Virus record (IMG/VR): IMGVR_UViG_3300010297_000029
Coordinates: 1 to 34,608 of that record
DNA from: a virus
Taxonomy: Duplodnaviria; Caudoviricetes
Reading direction: 5' to 3' (one strand)
Length of the DNA stretch: 34,608 nt
The notes beneath the pieces were generated by a model. The model worked only from the letters and a program-made list of their open reading frames with translations. It had not been told where the DNA came from and ran no database searches. The translations under genes were made by a program, and so were the position numbers. Shown here piece by piece: positions 1-8,300 of the stretch (its first letter is position 1; each line of letters begins with the position of its first letter).

Positions 1-1504
1 ACAAATACTGTGCAGCAATATCTGCTAATACTTCTTCAGATTTATTGCCCCAGTTATCAGCACCGACTTTGCGGCACTTAGATAATGCTCCTGATGCATA
101 TGCACTTGGCCATACACTATAACTAGATTTTACCTTTTTGTAGCAAGCATCTTTTTCACCTGCTGCTTCATCAACTTCTTTCTCTTCACCGTGGCACTCA
201 CATTCACATCCTTTACCACACTTACCAGCACATTTGGGACAACCCATTTCTTTCTCTTCCTTAGTCACCTTAAACAAAGGTGAATTGATAGGAGCAAATT
301 GACTTGGAAGATCGTTTCTTACTACACTAAGAACTTTACCGCCAGGATATACCTTTTCAATTTCTAGTTGTGCTTCCTTTTTAGTTGGCATCTTTGCCTG
401 GGGGAAGAACATTCTGATGTGGTAAGACTTACCTCTCCACATCACAACAACTGCCATAATATGACCAAATTCTGATGGAAGTCTTACTGCCTCACCAAGT
501 TCCGATTTCACCTTAGCAAGACGCTCTGCTCCAGTTTTTCCCTGGAACTGAGTTCCACTAGTCTTACCTCTACGGACATCTTTCTTGTCCTTATTCATCT
601 CATCTCTTTCTCTATGTGCTGCTCTTCTTGCAACATTTCCAGTGTGAGAACTTACATTCCTACCAACACGAAGTTCTGCACCTGCATAACCCTGTCTTGC
701 AGTTCTAACTTTTGCTTTTTCTTTGTCAGTTAATCCAGCATCTACTTTTGCTTCTTGCATTTCGGTCTCCTCTTTGTTAGTATATCCTGCTGCAGCATCA
801 GTGTTATGCTCAGTATCAGTAATTTTTGCTTGAACCCATGCAGGAATGTTCTTCTCTTTAGTTCCTAATTTCTTTTTAAGATCCTTAATATTCTTTGCAG
901 ATTTATCAAGTTGTGCTTGTGCCATTGATACTTCATGATCTTTTTCTTCACCAACAGGAACACAGTTGGGAACCATCTTTTTACCTTTTTTCTTAAGACC
1001 CTTTTGGGTATAACCCTTCCAACACTTCTCAGCAATCTCTTCTGGTTTGATGAGGTCAACTACTTCCATAAACTTATTACCAAAAGCATCTTCAATAGAA
1101 AGTCCTTCACCAAAATCACCACCTTTACCATCAGTGTTTCCACCATGTTGAGTGGGAGTATCAATTCCAACTTCCTCTGGTTCTTTATCTCCGCCACTAA
1201 ACCTAGCGGTCATTTTTAAACCATCAGGAATCTTCTTACACTTTTTATCTGTGTAGCAGTAGTACATGCCTTTGCCACACTTTTGCTCACCAAGAATGAT
1301 ATCAACTATTTTAAGACCAGGAACAACTTCTTCATTGGGATTCATTCCCTTTTTGATTGATCCTTTTGGTAAAGATGGACCAGTTGTTTTGCTAAGTGCT
1401 GCCGTTCTTTCTCCTTCAGTAGCACCGCCCTTTACAAGGTTTCTTACCTTTGCAGCACGAGCGTCTTTTCTTAATTTTTGGGGATCTATATCGAAACTAG
1501 GCAT
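1..1504 (-). CDS. Modular hypothetical protein (>=501 aa, 3' end runs off the window), candidate capsid-internal polyprotein
   Basis: Not in the ORF track because it has no stop in the window. Hand translation from ATG at 1504 is open to base 2: MPSFDIDPQKLRKDARAAKVRNL...CWKGYTQKGLKKKGKKMVPNCVP...DACYKKVKSSYSVWPSAYASGALSKCRKVGADNWG...AAQYL. An ATAAATA late-promoter box lies ~20 nt upstream, directly after gp16. Confidence 0.9.
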   Translation of the reverse strand, partial: MPSFDIDPQKLRKDARAAKVRNLVKGGATEGERTAALSKTTGPSLPKGSIKKGMNPNEEVVPGLKIVDIILGEQKCGKGMYYCYTDKKCKKIPDGLKMTARFSGGDKEPEEVGIDTPTQHGGNTDGKGGDFGEGLSIEDAFGNKFMEVVDLIKPEEIAEKCWKGYTQKGLKKKGKKMVPNCVPVGEEKDHEVSMAQAQLDKSAKNIKDLKKKLGTKEKNIPAWVQAKITDTEHNTDAAAGYTNKEETEMQEAKVDAGLTDKEKAKVRTARQGYAGAELRVGRNVSSHTGNVARRAAHRERDEMNKDKKDVRRGKTSGTQFQGKTGAERLAKVKSELGEAVRLPSEFGHIMAVVVMWRGKSYHIRMFFPQAKMPTKKEAQLEIEKVYPGGKVLSVVRNDLPSQFAPINSPLFKVTKEEKEMGCPKCAGKCGKGCECECHGEEKEVDEAAGEKDACYKKVKSSYSVWPSAYASGALSKCRKVGADNWGNKSEEVLADIAAQYL

Positions 1505-1524
1505 CTCTAGAAAACACTTTTTTT

Positions 1525-1956
1525 CTATTTATCTTCCTTTAGGTTTTTAGATTGTGCCTTAATCATTTTGGATAACTCAGCAGTAGATCCAAAAAACATC
1601 GCATTATTTGTTACGTTAGTTGGTCCTTTCTGATCAGCATCTAATTCTTTTAATTTTTTCTGAAGATCAATTAATTTATCAGTTGCATCTGCAACATTTT
1701 TAATTAACTGACCAACAACCTCATATTGTCTTGGTTGCCCACCATCTTGTGCAAGTTCCAAAGCACAATCAAGTGCTTCTTGACCTTTCTCAATAATTGA
1801 ATATAGATTGCCTCTTGTATATTCGTAATCTTTGGTTACGTCTTCTTTATCTGATGGTTTTTTTATTTGCTTTTTTTCTGGTTCTTTCCTTACAATCTCT
1901 GCCTCAACATCAAAGGCATCATTTAAATCGCTAAATTTGTCTGGCATATTTGTCAC
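1525..1956 (-). CDS. gp16: Terminase small subunit (T4 gp16-like)
   Basis: DYEYTRGNLYSIIEKGQEAL, PRQYEVVGQLIKNVADATDKL and TNNAMFFGSTAEL are typical gp16 motifs. Follows gp15. The start could be the second Met (MPDKF). Confidence 0.92.
   Translation of the reverse strand: MTNMPDKFSDLNDAFDVEAEIVRKEPEKKQIKKPSDKEDVTKDYEYTRGNLYSIIEKGQEALDCALELAQDGGQPRQYEVVGQLIKNVADATDKLIDLQKKLKELDADQKGPTNVTNNAMFFGSTAELSKMIKAQSKNLKEDK
1526..1533 (-). promoter_or_regulatory. T4-type late promoter (gp55-dependent), GATAAATA
   Basis: Minus strand reads GATAAATAG, overlapping the gp16 stop and ~20 nt before the ATG at 1504. It matches the (T/N)ATAAATA late consensus. Confidence 0.7.
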
Positions 1957-2927
1957 CCACTAAATCCAAAATCATCACCTGCTTGAATAGAATCATTATC
2001 AGCAGCAGTTATTAGAAGAACACCTGCACCACCAACGTGCTCGTTTGCCCTTGTATTATACATTCCTCTAGTTACTGTTAAATCATTATTTGTTTTAGAT
2101 TTTACATATAATGTTTCATCATCTATCGTTATGTAAGATCTGACAGGAATGTTTGTGGAATCATTGACTGCAATAACAGTGTCTTTATCACTAATATCAA
2201 CATCTAGATTAGTAATAACATTTCCATTGTATGCCTTTGTTGCTGTTGGAGATTTGTAAATAAGATCTCTCTTTGCTTCTGGACTTGGATCTCCTCCAGC
2301 AAGTCCAACAGAAACTCTGGTAATAACATCTTTGCTTGCTTCTGGAACTGGACCAAACAAGAATGTTTTGGCAGTAAATTTTAATGTGTAGAGTAAAACT
2401 CTTCTACTAGTATAATCACCATCATAATTATCCTCAAAAGACACACTTTCAAGAGTGATTGGAATATCTCTTTTCTCTCCTATTGATTCAACCAGATCTA
2501 TGGATAAATTAAAATTAGGTTGGAAATATGGCAGTATCTGTTCTACAATTTGTAGTGCATCATCATTTAAAAGTGCCATAATAGACAGTTCAAAACTCAT
2601 ATTATATGGAACAGGAAAATACATCTTTTTGATGTCTGTTCTATCATCTTTAGATACTACAGCATATGCTTGAGTTGATGCCAGTTTTCTACTAGTATCA
2701 TAAGACACACCAGTAAATTCAAATGACATTCTTGGTAAACTGATTTGAACTGGTTTATTCAAATCTGGTTGCTGCTCAAGACGTGCCAAAAACTTTTGAG
2801 TGGGACCATATGCAAGAGGAACTTTAATGATTTCTCCACCATCTCTTTTGATGGTTACTCCATTAAAGAGTGTTCCAAATCCAATTACGGTTCGTCTAAA
2901 AATCTGGTGATAAAAATGATCAAACAT
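1953..2927 (-). CDS. gp15: Tail sheath stabiliser / tail terminator (T4 gp15-like) with C-terminal extension
   Basis: FYHQIFRRTVIGFGTLFN, KVPLAYGPTQKFLARL, LPRMSFE, QIVEQILPYFQP, YTLKFTAKTFLFGP. GGAG Shine-Dalgarno upstream; synteny gp13-14-15-16. Confidence 0.93.
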   Translation of the reverse strand: MFDHFYHQIFRRTVIGFGTLFNGVTIKRDGGEIIKVPLAYGPTQKFLARLEQQPDLNKPVQISLPRMSFEFTGVSYDTSRKLASTQAYAVVSKDDRTDIKKMYFPVPYNMSFELSIMALLNDDALQIVEQILPYFQPNFNLSIDLVESIGEKRDIPITLESVSFEDNYDGDYTSRRVLLYTLKFTAKTFLFGPVPEASKDVITRVSVGLAGGDPSPEAKRDLIYKSPTATKAYNGNVITNLDVDISDKDTVIAVNDSTNIPVRSYITIDDETLYVKSKTNNDLTVTRGMYNTRANEHVGGAGVLLITAADNDSIQAGDDFGFSG

Positions 2928-2938
2928 AGTGTAACTCC

Positions 2939-4339
2939 TTAGGGGATACCAAATGGATTAGATTCGCTAAAGTCAAGTATTTGATCTGCTTCTAATTCAA
3001 TAGTATCGTTTTGTGCAAACTTATCTTCTGGCACATTAAATGTATTTATGTTTATTGTTGCATACTCTGCACCACTCGATTGACCAGCAATAACTTCACC
3101 AGGCAAGAATTCTCCTATAATATCTCCTAACTTGAGAACCTGAGTCACTGCATTCCAGGATTTAACTCTTGCTGTTGCACTACTTGCTGCCCCAACAACA
3201 TCTTCATTTGGTATGTAAGTTCCATATCCAACAGTTTGTTGTGGCGCAGAAATGATTATCTGAGGAACCCCTTCATAATATCCACCAGCATCTTCTATAA
3301 TCAATTCTGTCAATGTACCAAGTCCAGATATTCTTGCTTTTATTCTTGCATCAATCGTTGTACTTCCAATTCCTGGTTTTACAACAGTAACAGTTGGTAT
3401 ACCGATATAACCACTACCAGCACTTGTTATGGTTACAATACCAATGGCACTATCTGAAATATTTGCTGTTGCATATGCTCCGCTTCCACCACCGCCATGG
3501 AAAGTCACTCTAGGTGCAGATGTATATCCATAACCAGGATCTGCGATATCAACTCTCTGTACTCTTAGTTTATCGGGACTTGTTTCGCAAAGATCAATTA
3601 TTCCACCAATCATTGATGCGATTCCAACCGCAGTCAATCCACCAGAAGGAGCAGATGTAATTGCTACCCTTGGTGCTTCATCATAACCAGAACCTCTTCT
3701 AGATACGACAATATTTCTTACAACACCATCTCTGAGACTTGTAATTGCAGTTGCGGTTGAACCCACCCCAACCATACTAAATGTTTGAATGTAACCTTCA
3801 TCTATTACATTATCATCGATTTCTGAGATTCCAGTATCAATCTCTTCATCATTATATGCAAATAACTCACATCTTAATTCATAGACATAATTTTTTTGAA
3901 GTTGCCAAAAAGGTTTTTCGTGCTCAACGTACTTGATCTCAAATAATCTATCTCCCAGTGGGAAGTAGATTAAGTCTCCTTCTTTTGGTCTATTTGTTAG
4001 TTTTGTTTTGTTTATCGTTGCTATTTGAGACTCAACTACACTCTCATATCTTTCTTTAGATATGACTAGTGTTAAGTCATCAATCTCTTGCACTCCAAAT
4101 TTAGATAAAAGTGTCCCTGCTCCACTAAATCCATCATAGGTATCAATATATGCTTCTAATGGAACGGCAGCAGTAAATTCCGATCTGGACACTTCTTCCA
4201 TGATCGTTTTTTCATTTACATAAACTCTGGGAATGTAATATATTTCAACTCCGAACATTTTTAAATGTTCGTTTACTAAATCTTGAACCAGATTCTGTTC
4301 ACCAGAAGATCCGTGTAAGAAAAAAGGATTGAGTGCCAT
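2939..4339 (-). CDS. gp14: Neck protein (T4 gp14-like) with inserted GxGY beta-repeats
   Basis: MALNPFF...EQNLVQDLVNE, LLSKFG, RPKEGDLIYFP, LFEIKYVEHEKPFWQL, C-terminal DFSESNPFG. Confidence 0.93.
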   Translation of the reverse strand: MALNPFFLHGSSGEQNLVQDLVNEHLKMFGVEIYYIPRVYVNEKTIMEEVSRSEFTAAVPLEAYIDTYDGFSGAGTLLSKFGVQEIDDLTLVISKERYESVVESQIATINKTKLTNRPKEGDLIYFPLGDRLFEIKYVEHEKPFWQLQKNYVYELRCELFAYNDEEIDTGISEIDDNVIDEGYIQTFSMVGVGSTATAITSLRDGVVRNIVVSRRGSGYDEAPRVAITSAPSGGLTAVGIASMIGGIIDLCETSPDKLRVQRVDIADPGYGYTSAPRVTFHGGGGSGAYATANISDSAIGIVTITSAGSGYIGIPTVTVVKPGIGSTTIDARIKARISGLGTLTELIIEDAGGYYEGVPQIIISAPQQTVGYGTYIPNEDVVGAASSATARVKSWNAVTQVLKLGDIIGEFLPGEVIAGQSSGAEYATININTFNVPEDKFAQNDTIELEADQILDFSESNPFGIP

Positions 4340-4343
4340 ATTA

Positions 4344-5183
4344 CTATCCGATCATGTCTAACGGTGGAAGTTCATATGTTGAGGACATCTTATCAATAAG
4401 GGCATTGAGTTCATTTACCCCATCATCATAAATTTGTCTTCCATTTAATTCAGTACCACCAGGGAGTTTTACTCCTTGGAATTTAATTAAGTTTTGTCCC
4501 CATTGCTTTTTAAGTGCAGCAGTAACGTACTTCTTCAAGAAAGAATCGCTCCATACTCTTGGCGAATCCGCAGGATCAATCAGTCTATAGCAATCAATAA
4601 TTAAAAATTGACCAGGAGTTACTGACCCCCAATCCATATCCATATAAAGTCTGTCTTGCCTTTGATTAAATCTTATTTGTTTTTCTGTAGTTAATAGAAA
4701 GTCAATATCAGATAAGTATCTCTTAACCATCGAATACGTTAAGAGTTCTGTTGATCCCCAGTAATAGACATCATTTAGAAACAACTGGTATTTTATATTG
4801 AACATACCACTTGAGAGACTACTCGATCCCTCAAATGCAAATACTTTATTGATACCTAAAATTTGAGGAGGAATTTGAATAAAGTTGTTAGATTCAAAGA
4901 AGTTAAATGTTGTTGGCGTTCCTGCAATATTTGCTGTAGCAGATGTTGTGGCAATTCCTACTCCACCTGCTGTTGCTCTTGCTCTGTCAATATCTTCTTG
5001 AGTAACCTCATACTTTAAGTACGTTTGTATAACACCATCAAAATGTCTCTCATAAAAATATTGAAGTGAGTCATCAATAATATCTTCAACTTGTTCATCA
5101 GCAACATTAATCTCCAAAACAGGAGCACCTAGTTGCCTTTTAGCATAATCGATTAATTGTTGCCTAGATGTTGGTGTTGCCAT
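4344..5183 (-). CDS. gp13: Neck protein (T4 gp13-like)
   Basis: PTSRQQLIDYAKRQLGAPVLEINV, QWGQNLIKFQGVKLPGGTELNG, YELPPLDMIG. Confidence 0.95.
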   Translation of the reverse strand: MATPTSRQQLIDYAKRQLGAPVLEINVADEQVEDIIDDSLQYFYERHFDGVIQTYLKYEVTQEDIDRARATAGGVGIATTSATANIAGTPTTFNFFESNNFIQIPPQILGINKVFAFEGSSSLSSGMFNIKYQLFLNDVYYWGSTELLTYSMVKRYLSDIDFLLTTEKQIRFNQRQDRLYMDMDWGSVTPGQFLIIDCYRLIDPADSPRVWSDSFLKKYVTAALKKQWGQNLIKFQGVKLPGGTELNGRQIYDDGVNELNALIDKMSSTYELPPLDMIG

Positions 5184-5184
5184 G

Positions 5185-5397
5185 TTACTGATCCTTCTCT
5201 ATTAGTTGCCTCAAGAGATCTTTAATTTCGCCAATATCATTTTCTAATTTATCAATTCGATCTCGCTCCCTACTTTTTGCACGCTTCAAATTTTTGTATG
5301 AGTCATACCCATTTTTGTCGAGATTCACAATAGCATTACTACGTGAATCTCTGACCAAATAACTATGACCTTCTACTTTGAAATATCTATTATCCAT
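5185..5397 (-). CDS. Small hypothetical protein (~70 aa) with C-terminal coiled coil
   Basis: KVEGHSYLVRDSRSNAIVN plus a coiled-coil tail (RIDKLENDIGEIKDLLRQLIEK). It fills the gap between the VrlC-like gene and gp13. ATG at 5397 (MDNRYF) avoids the overlap produced by the track start at 5412. Confidence 0.8.
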   Translation of the reverse strand: MDNRYFKVEGHSYLVRDSRSNAIVNLDKNGYDSYKNLKRAKSRERDRIDKLENDIGEIKDLLRQLIEKDQ

Positions 5398-5398
5398 A

Positions 5399-8300
5399 TT
5401 ATGCAAGTGCAATTACTCTAAGGTCTTTAAATCTAGGTGGATATGCTTGGTTTGTTGATGTTCCAACAATCTTAATTGTAAAGTATCTAAATTCTGGTAA
5501 ATTATCGATACTAAACTCATAATCTCTGAATGGGAGATTTGCACTATCTGATGCTAAGATGTCTGTCTTTGGAACTCTCTTATTGGGCAGTCCATTAGAA
5601 GCAGCAAAATCTATAATTCTGCCTGCTGTATCAATGTTGTTGTAACCTGGGAATGGATAATATAATGGGTTATTCTCTGGTTCATTGCTAATAGAGTAGA
5701 ACACTCTAATATCATTAAATGTATTTACATAACCAGATAAGAGAACTTTAATGGATGTCGCAGCATTTTCTAATTCAACTGGTTTGTTTGCATAGATGAA
5801 TGCTGTTGGATCTTCGTTTAATGTAGATGTTCTTGGATCATTTGCATAATCAGTAATTGGAGAATTCACTCTGTTGGTAATAAGAACCATACCAACCCTA
5901 TCCAAGTCAATAACAGGAGATACTGCTGAGTTTGCAGTTGATAGTGTGAACGTTACTTCCATTGACTTATTGCCAGGAAGGTTGTCAAGTTGCTCAAGTT
6001 CATTGACTCTTGAGGCAATCATTCTGGGTTCTGGGAGATATGTATCTTCCGTCAGATTGATTGGAGTTGCTTCTGTTTCCTGGAATGAAATCTCATTGCC
6101 ATCAACACTTGTTGCAGTAATACCCTTGAGTGTCGCAGTGGTCTGTGTTCCTGGCAGGTTTAATGCCTGGACAATTGGACGAACTGCTTCATACTGAATA
6201 TTCTGCGTTGCGTGAATTCTATCGCCACCACTTGATTTGGATATTGTTTGATAGAGTTTTGCAAATCCGCTTCCAGTATTTCTATTAACACCATTTGCTG
6301 CTGTATTAATTCTAATATAGTAATAATCAAGACCAATTCCTCTAGAAACCAGAGAATCTTGTAAGTAGTGATTTGTATTAATACGTCTCAATGATATTCC
6401 ATTGTTTTCATACTTTTGAAGTCTGGTGTTTGATTGGTATGTAAATGTTCTTGTGTTATCTACACCCCTAGTAATACCAGTTAGTTGACCATTGGCAACT
6501 CCAGTGTAAGCGATGATTTCATCATCAATACGTACATAACCAGGATTTGTTGCTCCAACAGATACATTTTCAAAAGTTGCAAATCCTGCAGTACTTGCGA
6601 TACTGATCGCAGTAGAATCTGAGTTTGTATACTCTGTAGTAAGAGTTGTTGGTTTAGAATCGCCACCTACATCAGATATCTTAACAATATTAATGGTCGA
6701 GTGCATACCATGGTTCTTATGGTTAACCTTAATGTGCAATCCATCTTCAGCGACTGATGCTAATTCAAAGTCATCGATAATAGCATTTCCACCAGCAACT
6801 AATGTCATAGTTGTAATACCAGTGGTTGGACTAATGTACTGTAAAGGTTTAGATGCATTCAATTCAAAATCGCCTTGGACATTATCGAGGATTAATTCAT
6901 TAATTCCAGTAATTGCTGGCAGAGAAAGTTGTAAGTTTCTTCCCAATTGGTCATTACCAATTGTATCTACAGTGAATACGTCACCAACTTGATAACCAGA
7001 TCCTCCATTATTAATTGTTGCTGCAATTGCAACTCCATTCGTAGCACCAGCAGATCCGATTGTAATATCTGCAGTAGCATTTCTACCTGTTCCAGAGAAT
7101 GTTACGAGAGGAACATTTGTAAAGGTAAACTGATTTCCATCAGATGGAGTATATCCAATACCAGCATTTACAATTGTTAATGCTCCAGTTGCAGATCCAC
7201 CTGCACCAACATAGTCACCTCTAGCGGAGGTATTTTGTTGGACAATGGTGTTACCCTCAACAAAGGGACTGGTGTTAATAATATCATTAGCAGTTACAAT
7301 TAATTTTCTGGAGTTAAATTCCAGAGCGTCCTTACGTAAAGTTGCAATCTGCTGGTTTCCTTTATTCAACTCTGGGTTGAAGAAGGATACTGTTGCAGAG
7401 TCTCCAAACTTTGCAGTATAAAGATTGAACTTAAGATCTTCATATTGGCTTGCAGTCCAAGTAGCACCATTTTGAGACTTAAACAGAGAACCAAGAACTG
7501 GTTGTGCGGACACAACTACTTGTCTAGATTCTGGTTGAAGAAGCGTACTAATATCAACTTCACCCATTCTAGAGATCCATACTGTATACTCGTTTGATTG
7601 TGACAACAGAACGATCGCATGATCTGTGTTGCCATTTAAGTATACTGGTGCAGGGAATGTAACTTTTGTTGGAATAGATGCATCAAAGGTTTCGATAACA
7701 TCCTTGGAGTCCAGAATAACCTCACCAAAAGGATATACTTGTGCAGATGGTACACCCGCAATCATTGGTCTCAGTTGGACCGTTACTGGGAGCAGAGGAT
7801 CTCTTGTTCTGAAGTAAACATCAACCTCCGTTACAAACGCACCTGGATTATCAGTAATCGTAAATGATTGTGCTAATGGATCCTTACCACGAGGCGCTGG
7901 ACGCGGTGGCGGTGGTGGTGGTGGCGGTGGTGGGGGAGGCAGAGGAGTTACTGTAGTGCTTGTACTATTAGTTACAAGAGTAGTCACCTGTACATCTGTT
8001 GCTGGTCTTGTCTCACTCGCAGAAACAACTTCAAATCTTGGTTTTCTAGTAGATCTAATTGTTTCTTGTACATTACTTAATGTACCAGATGCAAAGTATG
8101 CACTTTCTCCACTTGATGACGTTAAACCACCAACTGCACTATTGGTTGAGTTACTGGTAAGTCTAAAGATTTTTGTACCTACTTCAAATGATGGATTAGA
8201 TGGAACATTTGGATCTGGAATAAAGAATGTTCCAATAACAGTACCAACATTATCGGAAACTAACTTGACATCAATGACTTCTGCTTCAGCAGTTACACCT

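Noticed and set aside
865-1550. Track ORFs 865..1059(-), 935..1219(+) and 1266..1550(+)
   Set aside because: They are alternate-frame or antisense shadows of the long minus-strand ORF 1..1504.
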